This document shows positions 27,573 to 38,300 of a stretch of 64,000 bases of DNA, in pieces. Source of the DNA: a virus (lineage: Duplodnaviria; Caudoviricetes); the IMG/VR virus record IMGVR_UViG_2834368228_000004, positions 130,706-194,705 of that record; one strand, given 5' to 3'. The notes below the pieces were generated by a model. It did no database searches. It saw only the letters and a list, made by a program, of their open reading frames with translations, and had not been told where the DNA came from. The position numbers and the translations under genes were made by a program. Within the stretch, counting starts at the first letter, position 1; every line of letters starts with the position of its first letter.

Positions 27573-29081
27573 GTGTTAGATATGCCTGATTTAGACGAAC
27601 AAAAATATGTGCGAGTAGGCGAATCAACAGATACAGACTTAATTATTAAGGGACCTCAAAATATCATTGTAAATCAAGTTGTTTTAGACTTTGAAGAAAC
27701 CTATATTTTTCCTAAAGAGCCATCTTTATATCAGAGTGAAGAGCCAACTAACTTACAGTTTCACTTAGAGAATATAAATGAAAAAACATCTGTGACAATT
27801 CCATATCGTAATCGATTGACCCATACGGAAGCAAAGTATGCATCACTCTACCAATATGATATTGAGCTAAATAAATGGGAAACAATTGATTTCTTCCATA
27901 ATCAAGAGGAGAAGACATTCGAGTGTGAAGTAGCCAAAGATGGATATTTAGTTGTATTCACAAACACATATTGGTACTCAACAATCACGCAAAAGCTTGC
28001 AGATGAATATCCTCAATGGACAAGGATTCGTAAATACAAGGAAAGTATAGGACAGCAGTTTCTAAACTTCTATGGAATGAATTTTGAAGAAGTCGAATCC
28101 TGGTTAAATTGGATTGATGACCAAAAGCATCTAACAAAGACAGATGTTCATGTTTTAGATTGGGTCTATGTATACCCATTAATAGAAGTTAAACAAAATG
28201 ATATCATTCAATTGTTTTACCAAAAAGAGAGTCAGACACATATTATTCCAATCATCGAAGATATTAAGGGCTTCTTTAATAACGACACAAACCAGGGTGG
28301 AATGATTGATTATGAGGATCGTAGGTTTTATTCAAAATCAATGATTGATGAAATTAGAGGGATAGTTCGAAATGAGAATGGTATCAAAGAATTTAAATCA
28401 AACCCTATACCCTATCACATCTGGAATACCTTTGATGAATTTGGATTGCTCTTAAATGTAAAACGTCTTCATCTAGAGAACAATAAAGATTTCAAGGAAA
28501 GATTGTTAGATGTATTCCGATATCCTGCAAATAGTTCTAAGACAGGTATTGGACATGGCATAGCAAGAGAGTTAAATCTCATTAAGCGAACGAATGGAAA
28601 AGAGCTCCTTTGGGAGAACGATCAAAAATCATTGCTGATACATAATAGGAGCGGGCTTCCGATTGACATTGATAGCCTACGAGTAGACTATCAGCCGTTA
28701 AGCGACGATCAATATGAGATTCTTAATAACAAGCATATTTTAATTCATCCATTAAGGAGATATCAAAAGCATATTATCAGCTTCATTTATGGATTAGATA
28801 AGCATGAATTGCATAATAAGAATGATATTAATTTACAAAAGATGATGTATCAAGAAAACGGCCAAGCAACTGGTAAGCTAATCGAATGGGTGTCTTATAT
28901 CAATACGGTGGCTCCAATAATGTGGAATCGGTTTAAATGGGATGAAGGATACTGGGATACCGTTTCTAAAGAATTATCAGGGCTTGGCTATATTCCAAAC
29001 ATGTGGGATAGTGACATGTCAGTTTGGAAAGATTATAAGTTTCTTATTAATAGATGGGAGGATGGGCAGATATGGAAATAG
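27573..29081 (+). CDS. Virion/baseplate structural protein
   Basis: WNTFDEFGLLLNVKRL..ENNKDFKERLLD resembles a baseplate wedge motif; position in the module. Confidence 0.55.
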   Translation: MLDMPDLDEQKYVRVGESTDTDLIIKGPQNIIVNQVVLDFEETYIFPKEPSLYQSEEPTNLQFHLENINEKTSVTIPYRNRLTHTEAKYASLYQYDIELNKWETIDFFHNQEEKTFECEVAKDGYLVVFTNTYWYSTITQKLADEYPQWTRIRKYKESIGQQFLNFYGMNFEEVESWLNWIDDQKHLTKTDVHVLDWVYVYPLIEVKQNDIIQLFYQKESQTHIIPIIEDIKGFFNNDTNQGGMIDYEDRRFYSKSMIDEIRGIVRNENGIKEFKSNPIPYHIWNTFDEFGLLLNVKRLHLENNKDFKERLLDVFRYPANSSKTGIGHGIARELNLIKRTNGKELLWENDQKSLLIHNRSGLPIDIDSLRVDYQPLSDDQYEILNNKHILIHPLRRYQKHIISFIYGLDKHELHNKNDINLQKMMYQENGQATGKLIEWVSYINTVAPIMWNRFKWDEGYWDTVSKELSGLGYIPNMWDSDMSVWKDYKFLINRWEDGQIWK

Positions 29082-32000
29082 ATGAAAATGTTAATCCTGA
29101 TTCATTTGAAAGAGACGATGCTTATGAATTGGGACGAAACGATGAAGATTTTGAAATAGATCCTTGGGAAGATAAAAGAAGCAGGAAGGACCCTATTACT
29201 TCTAAAGGTCAATCAACATTACTTCACACTCAAGGAAAAGAGAGCTATGAAGAAGTTAATGCCATTCGTTCAGGGATAGGAGATAACGATGATTTATATG
29301 TTAAAGTCCCTCAAGAAGAAGTCATTGAAGAATCCTTTCAATATGCGGCACGTCATCGAGGGAGAAAAAAGCACGAGACTGTTATTTACTCAGAAATACC
29401 TTTTGAATATGGCATTCACTATAAAGGGGAAGAGCTAGTAACTGATAATGAACAACCTTATGACCATCGTGTTGATGCATATCCGGGTAAGACAATGAAA
29501 TATGAGGTTACACAAAAAGACCCTCAGCCAACGAAAAGAAATTGGGAAGCTCAGATGAATGTTCATTCTAGGGTAAAGCAAGACATTTTAGAGTATGCGG
29601 TTAATTGGAAGGGAAAAGCAGCCACTGAAGCTGTTTCGGGTGCTGCTGACTTGTTTACAAGTGCCAATGGACACTTTATCGGACCTGGGCCAAGATCTGT
29701 TTGGAACAAGTCAGGTAACTTTGTCAGGGAAATTGACAACCGCTCCCATGCTAGTGGAATCATCGCAAAAGAGTTTTATGATTGGTCAGATTACGAAGCT
29801 GAGTATGAATTTAAAACAGTAAAAGCAACTGGTCTTCGTGATGATCCAATAACAAAACGTGTTACCTCTGATGGCCGTTTAATAGATGAGCCAGGTGCAG
29901 ATGATGACGTATTGGGATTCATTTTTCGTGCAAAGAGTAACCGAAAAGATTTTTACATTTTTGTGTGGGAAGGTGACGACTTATTAATTAGTGGATGGAG
30001 ACCAGGAAGCCTTAGTGGATATAATATGCTCACAGGTAATATTTCTGGTTCGTATTCTCATACGAAAGCAGAAAATCAATATGCCAAATTTATGGGCAAT
30101 ACAAACCTTTCACGTATAGGAGTAAGCAACTACTACAGTGGAATGCGTTTGTCATCTGCACAGTTGGCAAACTACCGATCCCTGCAGAACGATCAAGGTT
30201 GGGGTAAGCAGCATTACAGAGTGTATAAAGTAACCAATGGCGTTATGCGTCAAGTGAATCTAACTTATAGTGGTAACGGCAGAGGTTGGAGACAAGATTG
30301 GGCAAACATGAATTGGAAAAATAGTGTAAAAATACGATGCACTGGCAGAGAAGTTAAAATATATACACAAAGCTACAAGCAAGGAAACTATAAGCCAGAT
30401 GGATATCAGCTTGCAGCACGATTTAATGTAAGTAGTGGCTTTAGTAGTGGGAGTGTAGGGCTTGCAACTTTCTCTCAATCCGTACAGTTTGAAAAGATAT
30501 CTGTAACTAGGTGGGATAATATATCAGGTAGAAAGCCTGAAACAGGGTGGAATACGTATAAAGACCCAGGTTCTAAACAAATATCTTCATCGGGTAGAAA
30601 CTATGTGAATAGTGATGCAAGAGCAGCCGCTAGAAGTCAAACTGGTTTAAGGAATCCAGATTATGAAATAACAAGTGTTACTGGTGTGATTAGAGACAAA
30701 TCAAAAGGAACAATGAGTGCCTCATTAAATAATCCAGTGACAGTGCGAACAAATAACCCACAAGATGCAGGAGAGATACGGACTCATGCTATTGTAAAAA
30801 AAGGAAGTGTAACTATCACTCCTGAAGAAATATCACCAGCTACGGCTCAAGTTGTTTTCACAAGTGCTAATTCTGTTTTTGGAAAGGATTTAAAGAATTA
30901 TATAAACAAAAATCCTAACCTTATCTTTGAGAATTATGATTTGCAAATTAATGTTCCTTCTAATCCGCTAGATGACTGGGACCTAGAAGGTGAACGGTTC
31001 ACGATGTGGAGAAGAAATCCAAAGGTCATTGAAACAACTAAATCATTTGAAGATAAAGTCTACGCATACCAAGGATGGATTCAATCTATTGATTGTAGAA
31101 AAGAATTTGATGGTTTAAAGTGGGCAACGTATCATTTGAAGCCAATCGACCAAACAATCAATGATGATTATGATGAGATTGAATTGAAAAATGAAAAAGT
31201 CTACATGAAAACAACAGAATGGTATATGGGAACATATCCAGCTGATATCAAAAGTGATGGAATTGTTACAAATAAAAAACATGTATTTGTTGATATTCCT
31301 CCAATGCCAGAACACTATGTGGAACCAACCACAGAAGAAGTGATGTATCATGGATATGAAGATGTAGAGTTTCTTTTGATTCAGATTAAGCCTAGCCTAA
31401 CGAATGAAGTATGGATGGGATTCAAAAGCAGCTTTAATGAAATGAATACTAATATTACAGCTCAACCTATCAATATTATAAATGGGAGACCCATTATAAA
31501 AACAAATAAAATTAATGACCAAGTAGAAATACATTGTGAAGATAGACCAAGGCTAGTTCCTTGGACATCAGGGAAGTACATCGGCTATGGGAAGGTTAAC
31601 GGTAGAAGACCATTCTTTAAAGATGGATTAGGTAAAGCAGATATGATTGATGTTCCTACCGATGTTGTTTATATACCTGACCATTTAATTAGTGTTACAG
31701 GACCATATATTGACGTAAGTGATGAACGAATAAATTACAGAATTCATCAAACTAATGATACAGTTGATTTTTCTTCAAACTATATGGATGCATACATTTG
31801 GTTTACAGATTGGTATAGCGAATGGAAAGAATGTAATGATATTTTTAAAGTAAAATCGAATGAAGTTCTTTCCATAGATGACCCAATCAAATTAGACTTA
31901 AGCAATGACCAAACATATGATATGGCTGACACTATTATTGATAAGTTTGAAGTGATTAGTACGAATCCATTTGTTGATGTATGGACAGAAGATGTAAGAG

Positions 32001-35000
32001 GAGAGGGAGCAGGATGGCAAGGTTCTTATTATCAGTTCCCGCTAATTTCCAATATCATTTCTGAAAGTGTGCAAGTAGATGGCAATTATCATGAAATGAT
32101 TCAAAACTACACAGTAAAGAATTACATGACTGATGTTGCAGTAACCATTCAATCAGATGACCCTATTCATATTTTAGAAGTTACACTTGATGGTGATCCA
32201 GTATCAAACAGTAGTAGTAATGGTTGGAGCTACAGTAATAAAATCTTAAGATTACAGGGATCTGCTATTAATCCTGGGGAGCTTGCTATTCATTATAGCT
32301 CAGGAAGTGTTAATAGGCGTTACACTTTAAATAAAAAACATGGGCAGGGTATAACTGTATTTCATAAAGGTGAGGTTTTACCTTCAAGTGCATATCAAAT
32401 TGTAGATGGAAAAGAAATTTATATACCTAGTCAAACTTTAAATAAGTATGATTGGATACATGTTCAGTCATACATTAGTGAATCTCAATTCAAACCGGGA
32501 ATGAAAAACTACCTTGGTGATTTTGTTGGAAGTCGTATGGACCCAGAAATATGGTTCGATTGGGGAGATGGAACACCGCTGACTGCATTTCAAACAGAAC
32601 CTATACCAATGACGCTTCAAATGTTTGCAGCATCATCAAAGATTCCATTTCAATATGATTTAGAGATGGAGGCAGTATACCCACGACACGAAGTTGTAGA
32701 TATATCAAACTTCACAGGAGAATGGGAGCAATTTGATACAATGCCCGTTGAAGAAGGCGGTCTAAATGGGCCAGGAGATTGGCATGGACCACCTGAAGAA
32801 GGATACCCTGAAGTGACAAATCTCAGGAACCAAAATGGAAACTCTGGTTGGTATAATCCAAATCATGCAGATTTAACAGACTACACATTCGAATTTACTG
32901 TGCAGGTACGTGGTGGAGATGACGACATGTACGGAGCTATCTTTAAGTTTGATGAAGATACGCTTAACCATTATTCATTTGAGTGGGATGCATATCATTC
33001 AATTGGCAGTGGAGGTACAGGAGTCAGGGGAATGGCAGTATATAAAAACATATGTCAAAATCCTGAGAATAAAGGGATTGGAAGATTGGAATATACAAGA
33101 ACAGAACTGATTCATCTGCCTATATCTTGGACTGCAAACGCAAACGAAATCAATAAGATAAAGGTTAGTGCAATTGGAAATCAAATCAAGGTGTGGACAA
33201 ATGATATACTTCGGTTTGATATAGTCGATACTGACGAGCCACTGATGAAAGGAGCTTGGGGTCCAGTAACAAGATCGCAGCCTAATACTTTCTTCTGGGA
33301 TTTTTCTATGGAATATTTTGATCGTGTAACACCTAAGGAAGAGCCAAGATTCAGAACACCTATGACATTTGAAATAGAGCGACCTGTGATTGATGAGGAG
33401 CCAATGATTGAAGTTCATTTAAATAATCAAGTGCAAAGCTATTTACTAGCTGCATTAAATGATTTTGCTTTAGAAAAAGGATTGACACAAAATGATATTG
33501 TAGCTATTGAGTATTATATTAGAAGTGATCAAAGTCCATATAAAGCTTACTTTAAGCACAATCAATCAGAAATAGGTGTGCAAACAAATATAGGTGAGGC
33601 AGAGGTGTATGCATTGGTCGAGGGGCAAGAGCCCCCTCAAAGTCCACCAGTGAATAAAGAGATACCTAATCAGGAAGAGCCAGAGATTGATCCAATTAAA
33701 TTACCTGAAGCAAATCCAAAAGATAATTTTGCAGCTAGTTGGAGTGGATATTTGTATGCACCTGAAACAGGAATCTATGATTTTCAAGTCAATGTAGATG
33801 ATGCAGTACGAATGTGGGTAAATAATCACTTAATCATTGATGAGTGGGTTGAGAGTAAGGGTTCTAATTATTCGGCTTCAACTTACTTAGAGGGAGGGAA
33901 GTGGTACCCAGTTAAAATTAACTATGCTGAAGTATTTGAAAAAGCTCATATCTTCCTGGAGTGGAAAACACCATCAGGTAGCCTGCAGCGTATAGGAGCT
34001 GAGAATGTCACACCATACCTTGGTTATAAGATTAAAGCTGAAGTAAAAGAAGAAACACCAAAGCCGTGGAATCCGCTCATTCATAATGGATATTATTATT
34101 ATAACGAAAAAGAAAATTATCTGTATGCAAAAGAGATTAGATATACGATAGAAGATGAAACAAATCAATTCTTTATAACACCACGGCCACGTCAAGGTAG
34201 CCCAATTATTCTTGAATCGAACCAAGGAGTGTTATATCGAAAAGTTAATTTCTATAATGAAAGTGATGAGCTCACATTAACAAACAGAGAAGTATTCCAT
34301 GGTAATTATCGTAACAAGTACTACTTGCAGTATAGTGATATTGATCAGTCAACTTTAGAAGTATTTGTTAATGAACAAGCAGTATCGAATCTCTTTGATG
34401 CTTCAGACTCATCCATAACCTTTGCTTCAAGCTATTCAAAAGAAGATAAGATAGAAATAAGATATCGATTAAAAAACAGCTTTTATATTGATATGAATGC
34501 AAACGTGCTAAAAGATGAAGCAAGAGTTCAAGTCCATAATCCAGAAAACATAAAAGGAGCCACAATTAAATATGAAGGGCATTTCACAAGTCCTTTTTAT
34601 AGAGAGAGTGGAGTCCTTTCAAACCCGATATTAAACCATAATCATAAAGGGTTCCTTTATCTCACAAATAAGCTTGATATAGAGCCGAAAAATGTTAAAA
34701 TTAATGTATCTCCAAACACTATAAGTGTACAAGGTCAGGATAAGGTTAATGTGACAGCACAAGTATTTGATCGTCATCATAATCCTGTTCAAAATAAAGA
34801 AGTAAAAATCTTGCGTGATGAAATTCAAATTGCCAGTGGAATAACAAATGCAGCTGGTGAGTTTTACTATCAAGATGTTCCACTCATTAATGAAGAGCTG
34901 TATAGTGTTTACAGAGTGGAATGCGATGAGATTGAAAATAGTGCATTGCTTAACTTCTTTGTTGATCGTAAAGAGAAGCGTAGTTACATTGAACTTAAAG

Positions 35001-35287
35001 CTGGAAAAGGTTCTTTAATTGCAGGTTCACAAGATAGTGTAGAAATATATGCGACTCTACGGAGTGATACATGGCATATACTTCCTAATCAAACAATTCG
35101 TTTTGAATGGAAAGACACACATAATGTAATGCATTCCGAAGAAGTTAAAACAGACAGCAAAGGATTAGCTCAATTAAGCATATCTAGTAAAAGTCAGAAA
35201 AATGGGGTTGTATTTGTAACTGCTACTTATACAATGGAAGAAGAACATGCTAAAAGCAGCTTATATATTAAAGTTATCGGGGGATAA
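29072..35287 (+). CDS. Large virion adhesin: two thrombospondin-C-like lectin domains, a discontinuous PA14 domain, C-terminal Big_1-like Ig domains
   Basis: DDDVLGFIF and DDDMYGAIF; PA14 DNFAASWSGYL..VDDAVRMWVN..LEGGKWYPVKINY; VTAQVFDRHHNPV..TNAAG. Start moved to ATG 29072 behind GGGAGG. Confidence 0.7.
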   Translation: MEIDENVNPDSFERDDAYELGRNDEDFEIDPWEDKRSRKDPITSKGQSTLLHTQGKESYEEVNAIRSGIGDNDDLYVKVPQEEVIEESFQYAARHRGRKKHETVIYSEIPFEYGIHYKGEELVTDNEQPYDHRVDAYPGKTMKYEVTQKDPQPTKRNWEAQMNVHSRVKQDILEYAVNWKGKAATEAVSGAADLFTSANGHFIGPGPRSVWNKSGNFVREIDNRSHASGIIAKEFYDWSDYEAEYEFKTVKATGLRDDPITKRVTSDGRLIDEPGADDDVLGFIFRAKSNRKDFYIFVWEGDDLLISGWRPGSLSGYNMLTGNISGSYSHTKAENQYAKFMGNTNLSRIGVSNYYSGMRLSSAQLANYRSLQNDQGWGKQHYRVYKVTNGVMRQVNLTYSGNGRGWRQDWANMNWKNSVKIRCTGREVKIYTQSYKQGNYKPDGYQLAARFNVSSGFSSGSVGLATFSQSVQFEKISVTRWDNISGRKPETGWNTYKDPGSKQISSSGRNYVNSDARAAARSQTGLRNPDYEITSVTGVIRDKSKGTMSASLNNPVTVRTNNPQDAGEIRTHAIVKKGSVTITPEEISPATAQVVFTSANSVFGKDLKNYINKNPNLIFENYDLQINVPSNPLDDWDLEGERFTMWRRNPKVIETTKSFEDKVYAYQGWIQSIDCRKEFDGLKWATYHLKPIDQTINDDYDEIELKNEKVYMKTTEWYMGTYPADIKSDGIVTNKKHVFVDIPPMPEHYVEPTTEEVMYHGYEDVEFLLIQIKPSLTNEVWMGFKSSFNEMNTNITAQPINIINGRPIIKTNKINDQVEIHCEDRPRLVPWTSGKYIGYGKVNGRRPFFKDGLGKADMIDVPTDVVYIPDHLISVTGPYIDVSDERINYRIHQTNDTVDFSSNYMDAYIWFTDWYSEWKECNDIFKVKSNEVLSIDDPIKLDLSNDQTYDMADTIIDKFEVISTNPFVDVWTEDVRGEGAGWQGSYYQFPLISNIISESVQVDGNYHEMIQNYTVKNYMTDVAVTIQSDDPIHILEVTLDGDPVSNSSSNGWSYSNKILRLQGSAINPGELAIHYSSGSVNRRYTLNKKHGQGITVFHKGEVLPSSAYQIVDGKEIYIPSQTLNKYDWIHVQSYISESQFKPGMKNYLGDFVGSRMDPEIWFDWGDGTPLTAFQTEPIPMTLQMFAASSKIPFQYDLEMEAVYPRHEVVDISNFTGEWEQFDTMPVEEGGLNGPGDWHGPPEEGYPEVTNLRNQNGNSGWYNPNHADLTDYTFEFTVQVRGGDDDMYGAIFKFDEDTLNHYSFEWDAYHSIGSGGTGVRGMAVYKNICQNPENKGIGRLEYTRTELIHLPISWTANANEINKIKVSAIGNQIKVWTNDILRFDIVDTDEPLMKGAWGPVTRSQPNTFFWDFSMEYFDRVTPKEEPRFRTPMTFEIERPVIDEEPMIEVHLNNQVQSYLLAALNDFALEKGLTQNDIVAIEYYIRSDQSPYKAYFKHNQSEIGVQTNIGEAEVYALVEGQEPPQSPPVNKEIPNQEEPEIDPIKLPEANPKDNFAASWSGYLYAPETGIYDFQVNVDDAVRMWVNNHLIIDEWVESKGSNYSASTYLEGGKWYPVKINYAEVFEKAHIFLEWKTPSGSLQRIGAENVTPYLGYKIKAEVKEETPKPWNPLIHNGYYYYNEKENYLYAKEIRYTIEDETNQFFITPRPRQGSPIILESNQGVLYRKVNFYNESDELTLTNREVFHGNYRNKYYLQYSDIDQSTLEVFVNEQAVSNLFDASDSSITFASSYSKEDKIEIRYRLKNSFYIDMNANVLKDEARVQVHNPENIKGATIKYEGHFTSPFYRESGVLSNPILNHNHKGFLYLTNKLDIEPKNVKINVSPNTISVQGQDKVNVTAQVFDRHHNPVQNKEVKILRDEIQIASGITNAAGEFYYQDVPLINEELYSVYRVECDEIENSALLNFFVDRKEKRSYIELKAGKGSLIAGSQDSVEIYATLRSDTWHILPNQTIRFEWKDTHNVMHSEEVKTDSKGLAQLSISSKSQKNGVVFVTATYTMEEEHAKSSLYIKVIGG

Positions 35288-35297
35288 TTCCCCCTTT
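35279..35297 (+). terminator. Weak putative terminator
   Basis: GGGGGA-TAAT-TCCCCC followed by TTT. Confidence 0.4.
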
Positions 35298-35323
35298 ACT
35301 TTAACCAAAAAGGAGTGATATGA

Positions 35324-38300
35324 GTGGCAAATGAAAAGCATATAAAAGCTTATCAAGATAAGTTAGAAGATGGCACATACACAATGCGTATAGGTGATGA
35401 GGTACCGGAGGGAGATGTTAATCTTGCATACATACATACGCCAAGATTAGATAATGAAGAAAATATTGCAATGGTTAATACATCTCATATACCAGAGAAT
35501 GTTATTCCATATGAACAAAGGGTTTCTTTAGTTGTACCAGATCATGAGGGAAAACTCTCCTATGCTGAGTTACAAAAAGGATTGGATTCTATAAAGGAAA
35601 AACCACCTTATTCTTTGTTTCCTACAAAAGATTTTAATCTGACAAGGCAATTTAAAAATAATCGATTAACAGTAGAAGATGCATTGTACTATAAATTCGA
35701 GATAATGTATCACTATGATAGCCGTATTGGACAACCAAACAAAGTTGAGAAGTATACCGGTGATCAAATTAAATTAACAGATGAAAATGGACATCCATTA
35801 TCCAATCAGATTAAATATGATATCTACGTAATGGCGATGGAAGAGAATCCTCATATTTATTGGGTTAAAGTTTATTTAGATAAAACAACAAATGAATTAG
35901 ATACTTTTAAGATACGATACAATCACATCGATAACGTTACTTCTAATCGTGATGTTCAGTCAGCTAAAACTGAATTAGAATTATATCGAAATCAAAGCAA
36001 TGAGATCGTTGCTTACGGAAGATCGAGGCAGCTTGTAGAAGGTGGAAAGCTACGTATCATCAATGGGAATAGCGCATATGAGCCAACAACAAGAGAAGTC
36101 TTTGATAGTGCAGATGCAAATGATGAGGTCTATCATTTAGTTGAAAATCCTACACAAGATGGTTATGAGGTGTATGTTCCTCAAAAGGCTGAGGTAGACC
36201 CAAGACAAAAGCGAATATTTAATTATCGAATTGTGGCTAAATACAAAGATCCAACTGGTGTAGACCAGGAAGTGACAACAGGATATATTAACGATTGGCT
36301 TATTCATCCAAACGCATTATTAAATCATGAAAAGTATGAGTTCACACAGGATTGGAAACAGCTAGGAATTCCGTATGGAGAGAGTCGGTTAAATGTTAAA
36401 GATATGATTCAAATTGCTCAACCAATTGGAACACCAACCGTTCCTCAAGAAGCAGTGTATGAAATACAAGATGCTGAGGGTAATCTCATGTACTCTACCA
36501 CAGATGCAAATGACAATCCACTAGTAACTTCCATTATTCAAGAAAGTCAGAATTACTTTGGAGCAGCCAGAGGTGACGGATTAAGTGACGATACTTGGTC
36601 AAATGCTAAACATCCAAATGCCATACTAAAGAGCTTACCAATCGACCATCAAGTTAGTGTAATTGCTGAAAGGCAAAAAACCCAATGGGATTATAAGTTT
36701 AAAGTAGAAGGCGAAGGGTTTATAGGGGTGCCAACCGTCTATACTGGTAACTGGTGGGTTGATGCAAATATAGGAGTTTATAAAAATCTGTCTAGATCTC
36801 CTATCAATTTTGCAAATAAAACCAATTGGAATACAATCGGAACAAGTAATGTAAACGATTGGGCAATCAAAACAGGTGCAAACGGAAAGAGTTATCTTGA
36901 TTTAGTAAAAAATCCTAATGATGTAAATGTCGCTGCCTTTTATCAAAAGAACGGACCAAAAGGTCAAAATATGAACAATGCAAAAGACTATGAATTTAGT
37001 GCAAAGTTGAAAGTAGAAGATTCAGGTGATGATGACGTTGTAGGGATTGTTTTCCGTGTACAAGGTTCAAAAAATTATTATATGTTTGCATGGGAAAGAG
37101 ATGCATTACTTTCGGATGATTATTACTACAGTAATGATGAATATCCAACAAACGTATCTACTAAACCTGAGATGAATGAAATGAACAGAATATTGCTTGG
37201 TTCGGGTGGATGTAGTGCTTTTCGCTATGACCCAAATATTCAATATAGTTCTCCAAAGACAAGTAATGAAAATTTCATCTTTAATGATTGGAATGATTAT
37301 ACTGAATATGGATTTGGCAATAACAGAAAAAGAATATTTAAAGTGTCCCCAAGAACAAGCGGCTCTGCATATGTAGGATATAAATCTGCAGTAAGCGATC
37401 GTACAGGATGTTCATTTACAGACATAACCAACAAAGGTTACTTATATGAAACAGAAGAAGGAAGTAAAGGATGGACTCAAGGAAAAGAATATAAAATCAC
37501 AGTGGTTGTTACAGGTGATGTATTTAAAGTTTATATAAGTGAAAATCCAAACTCTAATGATAAAGGTATTCTTGTATGCGAAGCAAAAGACAACACATAT
37601 AAAAGCGGAAGCGTTGGTGTTAGTAGTATTTCACAACAGTGGGTTCAATGGGGTGATATGACATACAACGAAATGGAAGTTACTACGGTTTCTACCAACA
37701 AACATCCTGTTACGTTTAATAGCAGCGAACAGGTTAGAACTAGTGAAAAGCGTGTAACAGAGCTTTTAAAAGAACCTATCAAGCAATCTGGAGCGAGCAA
37801 TTATGAAGTCTTCAACTACACAGCATACAGTGATTATGCAGATATATTCTTAGACATCGATGAGAATGGCTATGGGTATGTATGGGCAAGAACAACAAAT
37901 AAATCTGCTGGAGGCACTAATATTGAACCTTGGTATACAGGTGATAATAATTTAGATGTATTTGGAAGCGGGCATGTAGAGTATCATGAAGATGGCCACT
38001 TTACCATAACTGTTAATCCAGAAAAGCTTCCAACTGATAAGGTTCCATATTTCGTGGAAGGATTCCGATGGAAAGAGCCAGTTATAACAAAAGGAGAAAA
38101 TATTACAATCCGCTTAGGGGACGACAGAGAGAGTGTAGTTGTAGAAGCATCGGTTCCTCCAATAACACCATTAAACAAATGGACGACAATTTATCCTGAA
38201 TCCATTCATAAAGCAGATGGCGTTATTCCTATTGCAACTCTTTTAGAGAAAAATGGAATAATTGAAAAGTTGAATATTCCTAAAGATATACCTATTCACG

